Below, in pieces: positions 54,773-63,786 of a stretch of DNA of 64,000 nucleotides (position 1 is its first letter; each line of letters opens with the position of its first letter). Position numbers and translations under genes: made by a program. The stretch is from an uncultured Hyphomicrobiales bacterium (GTDB lineage Bacteria; Pseudomonadota; Alphaproteobacteria; Rhodospirillales; 2-12-FULL-67-15): positions 138,635 to 202,634 of the forward strand of contig CAYPQV010000001.1 of the NCBI GenBank assembly GCA_964412955.1, written 5' to 3'. A model generated the notes under the pieces. That model ran no database searches. It was not told where the DNA came from and saw nothing but the letters and a program-made list of their open reading frames with translations.

Positions 54773-56194
54773 GTGGCCGACGAAACGATTGCCGACCTGT
54801 CGTTGGCGGAGGTCGCGGACGCCATCCGCGCCAAGCGGATCACGTCGGTCGAGGCGACCGAGGCCGCGCTCGCGCGCCTGAAGCGCCTGGGCGGGCCGGA
54901 CCGGCTCAACTGCCTCGCCGGCCTCGACGAGGAATACGCGCTCCGCCGGGCCAAGGCGGCCGACGCGGAGATCGCCAAGGGACGCGCGTGCGGAGCCCTT
55001 CACGGCGTGCCGCTCGCCCACAAGGACATGTTCTTTCGTAAAGGAAGGCCGAGTGGGTGCGGTTCGAAATTTCTCGACAAAGTCCCGGCGGAAACGACGG
55101 CCGCCGCGCTCGAACGCCTCGATGCGGCGGGCGCGGTCGAAATCGCGCGCCTCGCCATGGTCGAATTCGCGCTGGGGCTGACCGGCCACAACGCCCATCA
55201 CGGCGCGCCCGGCAATCCGTGGAACCCGGCGCACATCACCGGCGGCTCCTCCAGCGGCGCGGCCGCCGCCGTCGCCGCGCGTCTGGTTTACGGCGCGCTC
55301 GGCTCCGATACCGGCGGCTCGATCCGCTTTCCGGCGGCGGTGTGCGGCGTCGTCGGCCTCAAGCCCACGTACGGGCGCGTCAGCCGGTACGGCGCGCTGG
55401 CGTTGTCGCACTCGCTCGACACCCTCGGCCCGCTCGCCCGCACCGTGACCGACTGCGCAATGATCTACGACGCAATCGCCGGGTTCGATCCGCGCGATCC
55501 GGGATCGAGCCGGCGCATGGCGGAGCCGACCGCCCCCGGACTCGAAGGCGGAGTCAGGGGTCTCCGCGTCGGCGTGCCCACATCCTATTTCTACGATCCG
55601 CTGACGCCGGAAACGGCGAAGCTGGTGCGGGCCGGCCTGGAGGTATTCCGGGCCGAAGGCGCAAGCGTGGTCGAGGTCGATATTCTCGACATCGCCGCCG
55701 CCAATCCGCTGACGCTGCTGATCACGGCGACCGAGGGCGCGGCGGCGCACGGGCAATGGCTTTCCCGACACGCCCGCGACTACGGCCCGCAGACGCTCGC
55801 GCGGCTCGCCGCCGGATTGTTGGTGCCGGCGAGCGCTTACCTGGAGGCGCTCGCCTGGCGGAAAGTCCTGGTCAAAAAATTCTGCGACGCGGTGTTCGCG
55901 CGTTGCGACGTGCTGCACGCGCCGGTGATGACGGCGTCGCCCCCGACCATCGCCGAATCGGACATCGGCGCCAATCCCGGCTTCGCCCGCCAGATGACGG
56001 CCATGGGCCATTGCACCCGGCCGTTCAATTTCCTGGCGCTGCCCGCCGTTTCGGTGCCGTGCGGGTTCGACGGGCGCGGCCTGCCGGCGGCGTTCCAGCT
56101 GGCCGCCCGGCCGTTCGCGGAAACCACGCTGCTGCGCGCCGCGCGCGCGTACGAACGCGCGACCGAATGGCACCGCAAGTCGCCCGGCCCGTAG
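54773..56194 (+). CDS. Amidase signature family enzyme (AtzE/GatA-like)
   Basis: '[10 protein letters not shown]' and the AS signature '[51 protein letters not shown]'. GTG start. Confidence 0.9.
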   Translation: MADETIADLSLAEVADAIRAKRITSVEATEAALARLKRLGGPDRLNCLAGLDEEYALRRAKAADAEIAKGRACGALHGVPLAHKDMFFRKGRPSGCGSKFLDKVPAETTAAALERLDAAGAVEIARLAMVEFALGLTGHNAHHGAPGNPWNPAHITGGSSSGAAAAVAARLVYGALGSDTGGSIRFPAAVCGVVGLKPTYGRVSRYGALALSHSLDTLGPLARTVTDCAMIYDAIAGFDPRDPGSSRRMAEPTAPGLEGGVRGLRVGVPTSYFYDPLTPETAKLVRAGLEVFRAEGASVVEVDILDIAAANPLTLLITATEGAAAHGQWLSRHARDYGPQTLARLAAGLLVPASAYLEALAWRKVLVKKFCDAVFARCDVLHAPVMTASPPTIAESDIGANPGFARQMTAMGHCTRPFNFLALPAVSVPCGFDGRGLPAAFQLAARPFAETTLLRAARAYERATEWHRKSPGP

Positions 56195-56462
56195 CCGGTG
56201 CGAGCCGCCTCGGCGCCGGACAAATGCCGATGAAACGGGCTTAAGCTGTTGATCGGCCACGAAACCCGTTCCCGGAAGCCGGTTTTCATTATCATTCGTT
56301 ATCATTTCTAGGCGAAATCCCTTTCCGCCCGCCGTTTCGGGGCGAAGATGCCGGGTCCATAAAACGGCGGGATATTAGGTCTATTATCCTAATTCATGGG
56401 GTATGTAAAGAAAATTTGTCTATAAATCGCCCCCGCCGGGGGATGTGCTATCTAGGCGGCCC

Positions 56463-58112
56463 ATGACTCAAGCGACGACCCAAGCGACCCGCGAGACGAT
56501 GGAATTCGACGCCGTGATCGTGGGCGGCGGCCCGGCGGGCTTGGCCTGCGCGATCCGCCTGAAGCAGCTCGCGCAAGCGGACGGCGGCGAGGTGTCCGTG
56601 TGCGTGGTCGAGAAAGGGGCCGAGATCGGCGCGCACATATTGTCGGGCGCGGTGATCGAGCCGCGCGCGCTCGACGAACTCGTTCCCGACTGGAAGGAGC
56701 GCGGCGCGCCGCTGTTGACGCCCGCGAGCGAGGACCGGTTCCTGTTCCTGACCGAAGGGAGCGCAATCCGCCTTCCCACGCCGCCCCAGATGCACAATCG
56801 CGGCAATTACATCGCGAGCCTCGGCAATCTCTGCCGCTGGCTGGCCAAGGAGGCCGAGGCCCTCGGCGTCGAAATCTTTCCCGGCTTCGCCGCCGCCGAG
56901 GTGCTCTACGACGACCAAGGCGCGGTCATCGGCGTCGCCACCGGCGACCAGGGCATCGGCCGCGACGGCCAGCCGACCGCCAACCACCAGCCGGGGGTTA
57001 ACTTGAGCGCGCGCTACACCTTCTTCGCCGAAGGCTGCCGGGGATCGCTTTCGGAAACCCTGATCAGGCGTTTCGACCTGCGTCGTAATTCCGACCCGCA
57101 GTCCTACGGCATCGGCCTCAAGGAACTGTGGGAAGTGGCGCCGGACAAGCACCGGCCGGGGCTCGTGATCCACACGGTCGGCTGGCCGCTCGATACCGCG
57201 ACCTACGGCGGCTCGTTCCTCTATCACCTGGACAACAACCAGGTCGCGGTCGGGTTCGTGGTCGGGCTCGATTATGCCAATCCGCACCTCTCGCCGTTCG
57301 ACGAATTCCAGCGCTTCAAGACCCATCCCGCCATCCGCGCCGTGTTCGAGGGCGCGCGCCGCGTCGCCTACGGCGCCCGCGCCCTCAACGAGGGGGGCCT
57401 GCAGTCGATCCCGGAACTGGTCTTTCCGGGCGGCGCGCTGATCGGCTGTTCGGCCGGATTTCTCGACGTTCCCAAGATCAAGGGCAGCCACACGGCGATG
57501 AAGTCGGCGATGTGCGCCGCCGAAGCCGCGTGGCCGGCGATCAAGGCGGACGGGCGCGCCACGGTCCTCGCCGCCTATCCCGACTCCTTGCGCCGTTCCT
57601 GGGTGTGGGACGATCTGTCCCGCGCGCGCAACGTGCGCCCCGCGTTCCGCTGGGGCCTTTGGGGCGGCATCGCCTATTCGGCGATCGATACTTATCTACT
57701 GCGCGGGCGCGCGCCGTGGACGTTCCGCCACCACGCCGACCACGAGCGCCTTCTCCCCGCCGCCGCCGCGCGGCCGATCGCGTACCCCAAGCCCGACGGG
57801 AAAATATCGTTCGACCGGCTGTCCTCGGTGTTTCTGTCCGGCACCAACCACGAGGAAAACCAGCCCTGCCACTTGACCCTCAAGGACCAGTCCGTGCCGG
57901 TCGCCGTCAACCTCGCGCGCTACGGCGGGCCCGAGGCGCGTTTCTGCCCGGCCGGGGTCTACGAATTCATCGAAAGCGGGGGCGAGACGCGGCTTCAGAT
58001 CAACGCCCAGAACTGCGTCCACTGCAAGACCTGCGACATCAAGGACCCGACCCAGAACATCGTCTGGAAAACGCCCGAGGGCGGCGGCGGGCCGAACTAC
58101 CCCAATATGTGA
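56463..58112 (+). CDS. Electron transfer flavoprotein-ubiquinone oxidoreductase
   Basis: FAD motif '[13 protein letters not shown]' and a C-terminal 4Fe-4S ferredoxin-like region 'CPAGVYEF...[13 protein letters not shown]...[10 protein letters not shown]'. Confidence 0.93.
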   Translation: MTQATTQATRETMEFDAVIVGGGPAGLACAIRLKQLAQADGGEVSVCVVEKGAEIGAHILSGAVIEPRALDELVPDWKERGAPLLTPASEDRFLFLTEGSAIRLPTPPQMHNRGNYIASLGNLCRWLAKEAEALGVEIFPGFAAAEVLYDDQGAVIGVATGDQGIGRDGQPTANHQPGVNLSARYTFFAEGCRGSLSETLIRRFDLRRNSDPQSYGIGLKELWEVAPDKHRPGLVIHTVGWPLDTATYGGSFLYHLDNNQVAVGFVVGLDYANPHLSPFDEFQRFKTHPAIRAVFEGARRVAYGARALNEGGLQSIPELVFPGGALIGCSAGFLDVPKIKGSHTAMKSAMCAAEAAWPAIKADGRATVLAAYPDSLRRSWVWDDLSRARNVRPAFRWGLWGGIAYSAIDTYLLRGRAPWTFRHHADHERLLPAAAARPIAYPKPDGKISFDRLSSVFLSGTNHEENQPCHLTLKDQSVPVAVNLARYGGPEARFCPAGVYEFIESGGETRLQINAQNCVHCKTCDIKDPTQNIVWKTPEGGGGPNYPNM

Positions 58113-58113
58113 A

Positions 58114-58437
58114 TCAGCCGGTGCTCCACGAACGCGGGCGCATCATGCCGGCGATCTTGCACGCCTGCTGGACGTAGCCGTAGGGAAAGAGCTCGAACAG
58201 CCGGTCGCGCGACGCGCCGAGGGTGTCCTTCAGGTGGCGGACGACGAAGCGCGCGTCGGGGGCGATGCGGTGCTCTTCCCAGTAGGCACGCATGAAGCGG
58301 ATCACCGCCCAATGTTCGTCCGTAAGGCTTATGCCCTCGCCTTGGGCGAGGGTCCGGGCGATGTCCTCGCTCCAGTCGGTGGGGTCGATCAGGTAGCCTT
58401 CCGGGTCGGTGCGAACGGATGGCGACATGGCGGTCAT
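58114..58437 (-). CDS. DsrC/TusE family sulfur-relay-like protein lacking the C-terminal Cys
   Basis: 'DPEGYLIDPTDWSEDIA...LTDEHWAVIRFMRAYWEEH...' is the DsrC/TusE fold pattern. The C-terminus 'ACKIAGMMRPRSWSTG' has only the internal Cys. The SD GAGGAG lies upstream. Confidence 0.8.
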   Translation of the reverse strand: MTAMSPSVRTDPEGYLIDPTDWSEDIARTLAQGEGISLTDEHWAVIRFMRAYWEEHRIAPDARFVVRHLKDTLGASRDRLFELFPYGYVQQACKIAGMMRPRSWSTG

Positions 58438-58522
58438 GGTTTTTTCTCCTCGAACGACGTTGGGTCCGTGTCCCGCAGGCGCGTATCTTAACCCCCCGAT
58501 TCCCGGACGCAAGGGAACGGGT

Positions 58523-58551
58523 TTGAGCGCGCCCGCGCGCATCGCTAGAAT
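58523..58551 (+). promoter_or_regulatory. Putative sigma70-type promoter placed for a leaderless TPR-protein mRNA
   Basis: TTGAGC (58523-58528), a 17-nt spacer, then TAGAAT (58546-58551). The ATG at 58558 begins 7 nt after the -10 box, and no SD lies between them. Confidence 0.35.
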
Positions 58552-58557
58552 GCTTCC

Positions 58558-60363
58558 ATGATTCGAAACCTTCCGTTCGCCTCCTTGGGGCTCGCCCTCG
58601 CGCTTATCGGGACGCTTCTCGTCGCGCCTCCCGGTCCGGCCGCGGCCGCGCCCAAGCCGGACGCGCCCAAATCCGATCAGAGCGAGGCGTCGAAGCCGGG
58701 CGCCACCACCACCGGCAACTACCTCGCCGGCCGCCACGCCCAGGCGGTGCGCGAAATGGGCAGCGCCATCGCCTTCTATTCCGCCGTGCTCGCGCGCGAG
58801 CCGGACAACCCCGACCTGCTCCGGCGCGCGTTCGTTCTTTATCTCGGCGAAGGCAAGATCGCCGACGCGCTCAAGCTGGCCGGGCGCATGTCCAAGGAGG
58901 ACTCGGCCCGGCTCGTCTATCCCGAAATCCTGCGCGCCGCCGACGAGATCAAGCGCGGCCGTTCCGGCGACGCGGTCGCGCGGCTCGACGCGCTCGGCAA
59001 CGACGGCATCGGCGGCCTGGTCGGGCCGCTGCTCGCGGCCTGGGCCGAACTGGGACGGTCCGACCGCAAGGCGGCGGAGGCGGCGCTCGTCCGGCTCGGC
59101 CAGCGCAACGGGACGCAGGGGCTGGTCGAACTTCACGGCGCGCTGATCGCCGACGTCGCCGGCGACAAGGCCGGCGCCGAGGCGGCCTACCGCAGGATCG
59201 CCGAAGCCGAGGGCGGGCCGACCTCGCGGCTCGCGCTGCTGCTCGGCAACCTGCTCGAACGCGCGGGCGAGCGCGACAAGGCCAAGGCGGTCTACCAGTC
59301 CTTCCGCGAGAAGAACCCCGATACGCGCCTGCTCGACGACGCCTGGCGGCGCGTCGAAGCCAACGGTCGCGCGGGCGAATCCCCGCGCGCTCAAAAAGAT
59401 ACGCCCCTACCGGGGCGTGCGCCAAAGCCGGAGATCGCGTCCGCCACCAACGGCGCGGCCGAGGCGCTGCTCGGCCTCGCCGGCGCGTTCCGCCAGCAGA
59501 ACGTGCGCGAGACGGCGTTTCAGCTGGCGCGGATCGCGCTTTACCTCCGCCCCGATTTCCCGTCGGCGCAGGTCCTGCTCGCCGACCTGCTCGAAGGCGA
59601 CAAGCGCTGGGCCGACGCCAACGCCGTCTACGACGCCATCAACCCGGCGGCGCCGCTTCATCGCGCGACCCGCGCCCGCGTCGCCGCCAATCTCGACCGC
59701 CTCGACCGCGACCAGGAAGCCGCGGCCCGGCTGGAGGCGCTGGCGAAAAGCGAGCCCAAGGACGCCGACGCCCTGATCCAGCTCGGCGACATCCTGCGCA
59801 AGCGCAAGAAGTTCAAGGAAGCGGCGGCGGCTTACGACCGCGCGATCGAACGGGTGCCGGCGCTGGAGCGCCGCCATTGGCCGCTGCTCTTTTCGCGCGG
59901 CATCGTGCTGGAGCGTTCGCAGCAATGGCCGCGCGCCGAAGCCGATTTCCTGAAGGCGCTCGAATTCGAGCCCGAGCAGCCTTACGTCCTCAACTACCTC
60001 GGCTATTCGTGGGTCGAGAAGGGCCAGAACCTGGACCGCGCCACCGAGATGATCCGCAAGGCGGTGAGCCTGCGCCCCGACGACGGCTACATCGTCGACA
60101 GCCTGGGCTGGGCGCACTTCATGCTCGGCCAATGGGCGGACGCGGTGCGCGAACTGGAACGCGCGGTCGAGCTGCGCCCCGAGGATCCGGTCATCAACGA
60201 CCACCTCGGCGACGCCTTCTGGCGGGTGGGGCGGCGGACCGAGGCGCGTTTCCAATGGGAACGCGCGCTGACGCTGAAGCCCGAAGCCGACCTGATCGAC
60301 GCCATCCGCAAGAAGCTGGCGGACGGGCTTCCCGACGGCCCGCCCGCGACCCGTTCCCACTGA
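58558..60363 (+). CDS. Secreted tetratricopeptide repeat protein
   Basis: A signal peptide is followed by many TPR-like repeats (for example '[26 protein letters not shown]' and '[28 protein letters not shown]'). Confidence 0.8.
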   Translation: MIRNLPFASLGLALALIGTLLVAPPGPAAAAPKPDAPKSDQSEASKPGATTTGNYLAGRHAQAVREMGSAIAFYSAVLAREPDNPDLLRRAFVLYLGEGKIADALKLAGRMSKEDSARLVYPEILRAADEIKRGRSGDAVARLDALGNDGIGGLVGPLLAAWAELGRSDRKAAEAALVRLGQRNGTQGLVELHGALIADVAGDKAGAEAAYRRIAEAEGGPTSRLALLLGNLLERAGERDKAKAVYQSFREKNPDTRLLDDAWRRVEANGRAGESPRAQKDTPLPGRAPKPEIASATNGAAEALLGLAGAFRQQNVRETAFQLARIALYLRPDFPSAQVLLADLLEGDKRWADANAVYDAINPAAPLHRATRARVAANLDRLDRDQEAAARLEALAKSEPKDADALIQLGDILRKRKKFKEAAAAYDRAIERVPALERRHWPLLFSRGIVLERSQQWPRAEADFLKALEFEPEQPYVLNYLGYSWVEKGQNLDRATEMIRKAVSLRPDDGYIVDSLGWAHFMLGQWADAVRELERAVELRPEDPVINDHLGDAFWRVGRRTEARFQWERALTLKPEADLIDAIRKKLADGLPDGPPATRSH

Positions 60364-60370
60364 CGCGCCG

Positions 60371-61234
60371 ATGACGGAACCGATCCGCGTCGCCGCGCCG
60401 GCCAAGATCAACCTCTACCTGCACGTGATCGGCAAGCGGGCCGACGGTTATCATGTGCTCGACAGCCTGGTCGCGTTCGCCGACGTCGGCGACACCCTCG
60501 AGGCGACGCGGGCGGACGCCTTGTCGCTCGCGGTCGAAGGGCCGTTCGCGGGCGCGGTTCCGGCGGGCGACGACAACCTGGTGCTGCGCGCGGGCCGCGC
60601 GCTCGCCGACCTGACCGGGGAAACGCGCGGCGCCGCGCTCAGGCTGGTCAAGCGCCTGCCGGCGGCGAGCGGCATCGGCGGCGGATCGGCCGACGCGGCC
60701 GCCGCGTTGCGCGCGCTGATGCGGCTGTGGCGCGCGAACCCGGCGCCGGAAGCGCTGGCGGCGCTCGCGCTCGGCCTCGGCGCCGACGTGCCGGTGTGCC
60801 TGGGATCCCGGGCCGCGTTCATGGGCGGGATCGGCGAGGAACTCGCGCCTTCGCCGCCGCTGCCGAAAACCTCGATCGTGCTCGCCAACCCGGGCCGGGC
60901 GGTGGCGACGCCCGAGGTGTTCCGCCGCCGCGCCGGGCCCTTTTCCGCGCCGGCGCGCTTCAGCGAGGCGCCCGGCGACGCCGCCCAACTCGCGCGACTG
61001 CTGAAAGCGCGCGGCAACGACCTGGAAGCGCCCGCGCGCGCGCTGTGCCCGGCGATCGGCGAGGTGCTGGCGGCGCTCGCCAGCCGACCGGGCGCGCTGA
61101 TCGCGCGCATGAGCGGTTCGGGCGCAACCTGCTTTGCGCTCTTCGCCGAGCAGGGCGCCGCGCGCGAGGCCGCGGCGGCGCTCGCGCGGGCCGAGCCCGG
61201 CTGGTGGGTCGCGGCGGGATCGCTCACCGCGTAG
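60371..61234 (+). CDS. ispE: 4-diphosphocytidyl-2-C-methyl-D-erythritol kinase
   Basis: '[20 protein letters not shown]' and the GHMP motif '[18 protein letters not shown]'. Confidence 0.93.
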   Translation: MTEPIRVAAPAKINLYLHVIGKRADGYHVLDSLVAFADVGDTLEATRADALSLAVEGPFAGAVPAGDDNLVLRAGRALADLTGETRGAALRLVKRLPAASGIGGGSADAAAALRALMRLWRANPAPEALAALALGLGADVPVCLGSRAAFMGGIGEELAPSPPLPKTSIVLANPGRAVATPEVFRRRAGPFSAPARFSEAPGDAAQLARLLKARGNDLEAPARALCPAIGEVLAALASRPGALIARMSGSGATCFALFAEQGAAREAAAALARAEPGWWVAAGSLTA

Positions 61235-61342
61235 CACGACAGAAGTCGTGCGAAGCAATCCATCAAGCCCGTAGCACGACAGAAGCCGTGCGCAGCGAGA
61301 CGATTAAAATTTTCCGCTTCGCGTCACTTCTGTGCCGCTACG
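61230..61342. repeat. Three copies of a 23-nt hairpin unit (two direct, one inverted) between the convergent ispE and sodC genes
   Basis: CGTAGCACGACAGAAGTCGTGCG (61230-61252), CGTAGCACGACAGAAGCCGTGCG (61270-61292) and the inverted CGCGTCACTTCTGTGCCGCTACG (61320-61342). In the first copy the unit folds as a perfect GCACGA-CAGAAG-TCGTGC hairpin, and the other two copies carry mismatches in the stem. Confidence 0.65.
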
Positions 61343-61876
61343 CTAAATCACGCCGCAGGCGATGCGCCCGCCGCCGCCGCCGAGGGCCGCCGGCTGGTCG
61401 CTGTAGTTGTCGCCGCCGGCGTGAATCATCACCGAGCGCTTCCGGATGTCGGCGACCTTGAGGCGCGGGGCGCGCAGCTTGCCCGACGCGGTGCCGTCGG
61501 CCTTGACCTCGAGCACCGGCAGATCGCCCAGGTGACCCACGTCCGAGTGCGGACCCTCGTGTTTGCCGGTCTTGCCCGGATCGTAGTGGCCGCCGGCCGC
61601 GAGACCGAGAACCATCTGGCCCTGCGGATTAGCCTTGGCCGCGCAACTGCGGTTTTCGTGAATGTGGAAGCCGTGCGGGCCGGGCGGCAGGCCCTTGAGG
61701 TTCGGATAAATCTCGAGGCCGAGCTTGCCGTCGGCGAAGCGGATGGTGCCGACTTCCGCGCCCTGGCCCTTCTCCGCCGTGCGGTAGACCTTGACGGTGA
61801 CGTCGTCGGCCGAAGCTTGGTGCGCGAATGCGACGGCGACGCCCGCGACGAGCGCGGCGCCCAGGATGATTTTCAT
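61343..61876 (-). CDS. sodC: Periplasmic Cu/Zn superoxide dismutase
   Basis: A signal peptide, then 'HGFHIHENRSC', 'GGHYDP', 'HLGDLP' and 'VMIHAGGDNYSD...GGGGGRIACGVI'. Confidence 0.93.
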   Translation of the reverse strand: MKIILGAALVAGVAVAFAHQASADDVTVKVYRTAEKGQGAEVGTIRFADGKLGLEIYPNLKGLPPGPHGFHIHENRSCAAKANPQGQMVLGLAAGGHYDPGKTGKHEGPHSDVGHLGDLPVLEVKADGTASGKLRAPRLKVADIRKRSVMIHAGGDNYSDQPAALGGGGGRIACGVI

Positions 61877-62028
61877 GCGGAGTCTCCCTTGGGTTGAGGA
61901 ACGCGCAGACATGCGCCCGATTATAGTGCGACTCGCGGACCGGGGACATCGGCCCAAAACCCTTGAAATCATGGGCTCTTGGGTTCTTGCCGCGCGCGCC
62001 CGCAGCCCTTATGTATGGCGCCCATTGC

Positions 62029-62102
62029 TGGGGCGTAGCCAAGCGGTAAGGCAGCGGTTTTTGGTACCGCCATCCTAGGTTCGAATCCTAGCGCCCCAGC
62101 CA
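62029..62102 (+). tRNA. tRNA-Gln (anticodon UUG)
   Basis: A manual cloverleaf: acceptor TGGGGCG/CGCCCCA, anticodon stem GCGGT/ACCGC with loop TTTTGGT (anticodon TTG at 62061-62063), T arm CTAGG-TTCGAAT-CCTAG, and an encoded CCA. A T-run follows. Confidence 0.93.
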
Positions 62103-62120
62103 GTTTTTTCCCGCCGGTTC

Positions 62121-62852
62121 ATGACGTCGCTCGCCGCCCTGATCTTCGACGTGGACGAAACCCTCGCCGAAACCGAGGAGCTGCACCGGGTTTCCTTCAA
62201 CGAAACCTTCCGCGCCTTCGGCCTTCCCTGGGATTGGAACCGCGAGCTGTACCGGGAACTCCTGAAAACCGGCGGCGGGCGCGAGCGGATGATCCGTTTC
62301 ATGCGCGCCCGCAAGGCCGGCCCGGCCGACGAACGCGAAGCCGCCGATCTCGCCCGGCGCCTGCACGCGGCCAAGACCGCGCTCTATCAAAAGCTGATCG
62401 CGGAGCGGCCGCCCGCGGTCAGGCCCGGCGTCGAGCGCCTGATCGGCGAGGCGCGCGGCGCGGGCGTCAAACTCGCCATCGCCACCACCACGGCGCGGGT
62501 CAACGTGCTGGGTCTCCTGCGCGGCGCGTTCGCGCCGGAGGCGCCGGATTGGTTCGCCGCCATCGCCGCCGGCGAGGACGCGGCCGTCAAGAAGCCCGAT
62601 CCCCTCGTCTACCGCGTCGCCCTCGAACGGCTCGGCCTGCCCGCGTCCGCGTGCGTCGCGATGGAGGATTCGCTGATCGGCCTCGGCGCGGCGCGGGCCG
62701 CCGGGATCGCGACGGTGGTGGCGCCGTCGGCCTGGACGGACGAAACCGATTTTCCCGGCGCGCTCGCCGTCGCCCGCGATCTCGACCACGGGCCGGACGG
62801 CCAACCGGTCACGTTGGCGCGGATTCGCGCCTGGAAGGACGCGCGGCGCTAG
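62121..62852 (+). CDS. HAD superfamily phosphatase (CbbY-like)
   Basis: HAD motif I 'LIFDVDETLAETE', 'LAIATTT' and 'CVAMEDSLIGLGAARAAG'. Confidence 0.8.
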   Translation: MTSLAALIFDVDETLAETEELHRVSFNETFRAFGLPWDWNRELYRELLKTGGGRERMIRFMRARKAGPADEREAADLARRLHAAKTALYQKLIAERPPAVRPGVERLIGEARGAGVKLAIATTTARVNVLGLLRGAFAPEAPDWFAAIAAGEDAAVKKPDPLVYRVALERLGLPASACVAMEDSLIGLGAARAAGIATVVAPSAWTDETDFPGALAVARDLDHGPDGQPVTLARIRAWKDARR

Positions 62853-63694
62853 GAGCGCGCCTTCTTCGCGTCGGGGAAGAAGAGCTGCTGGCCGTCGAGC
62901 TTGAAGGACGCGATCGCCGCCTGGCCCTCGGCCGAGATCAGCCAGTTAACGAAGGTCTGGCCGTCCTTGGCCTTGATATGCGGATGCTTGGCCGGGTTGA
63001 CCGCCATCACGCCGTAGGGGTTGAACAGCCCCGGATCGCCCTCGACCACGATCGTCATGTCGGCCTTGTTCTTGAAGCTGATCCAGGTACCGCGATCGGC
63101 GAGCGCGTAGGCCCCCATGCCTGCGGCGGTGTTGAGCGTCGCGCCCATGCCCGAACCGGTCGAGCGATACCAGGCGGCGCCCCTGGTGTCGATCTTGGCC
63201 TTGTCCCAGATTTCCAGTTCGGCCTTGTGCGTGCCGCTGTTGTCGCCGCGCGAGGCGAACGGCGCCTTCGCGGCGGCGATCTTCTTGAAGGCCGCCGTCG
63301 CGTCCTTGCCGCCCGCGACCTTGGCCGGATCGGCCTTGGGCCCGACCACCACATAATCGTTGTACATGACGTCGAAGCGCTCGACGCCGAAGCCGTCACG
63401 CACGAACTTTTCCTCGGACGGCCGATGGTGGACGAACAGCACGTCGGCGTCGCCCCGCTCGGCGAGGCGGATCGCCTGGCCGGTGCCGACCGCCACCACC
63501 CGCACCGCGATGCCGGTCTTCTTGGTGAAGAGCGGCAGGATGTGGCCGAACAGGCCGGAATTCTCGGTCGAGGTGGTGCTGGCGACCGTGATGAAGCGCT
63601 CCGCGGCGGAGGCGCCGGGCGCGAACGGGGCGAGCAACGCGAGAACGGCCGCGAGAGCGGCGGCCAGAGCGGAAAAACGAATGCGAACATTCAT
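62849..63694 (-). CDS. Periplasmic oxyanion-binding protein, TupA-like (tungstate/molybdate-type)
   Basis: A signal peptide, then 'ITVASTTSTENSGLFGHILP', 'GTGQAIRLAERGDADVLFVH' and 'SRGDNSGTH'. This pattern is typical of TupA-type binding proteins as I recall them. Confidence 0.7.
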   Translation of the reverse strand: MNVRIRFSALAAALAAVLALLAPFAPGASAAERFITVASTTSTENSGLFGHILPLFTKKTGIAVRVVAVGTGQAIRLAERGDADVLFVHHRPSEEKFVRDGFGVERFDVMYNDYVVVGPKADPAKVAGGKDATAAFKKIAAAKAPFASRGDNSGTHKAELEIWDKAKIDTRGAAWYRSTGSGMGATLNTAAGMGAYALADRGTWISFKNKADMTIVVEGDPGLFNPYGVMAVNPAKHPHIKAKDGQTFVNWLISAEGQAAIASFKLDGQQLFFPDAKKARS

Positions 63695-63763
63695 GACGCG
63701 ACTCCCAATGATGTCGCATCAGTTAAGCACGGCGGGCGGACGATGCCGATAGGACCGATCGTG

Positions 63764-63780
63764 CATATCGATCCGATATG
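63764..63780. promoter_or_regulatory. Palindrome CATATCG-ATC-CGATATG between the ModE-like and TupA-like genes (candidate Mo-box-like operator)
   Basis: It has perfect 7-bp arms. It lies about 70 nt upstream of the TupA-like start and 6 nt downstream of the ModE-like stop. Confidence 0.3.
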
Positions 63781-63786
63781 TTCGGC

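Noticed and set aside
53837-56305. Upstream two thirds of the 1431-aa minus-strand ORF (52010-56305)
   Set aside because: Only the last 608 codons (from MDRKTQ at 53836) look like a protein (FtsH). The upstream part is Arg/Gly/Ala-rich low-complexity sequence. It is antisense to well-supported plus-strand genes (DUF2141, amidase), which is typical GC-driven shadow-ORF behaviour.
61230-61342. CRISPR array
   Set aside because: There are only three short (23-nt) units, one of them inverted, with spacers of 17 and 27 nt. There is no leader and there are no cas genes in the window.
62029-63700. Genomic island integrated at tRNA-Gln
   Set aside because: There is no integrase, no direct repeat of the tRNA 3' end, and no compositional break that I can see. 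The downstream genes (HAD phosphatase, binding protein) look native.
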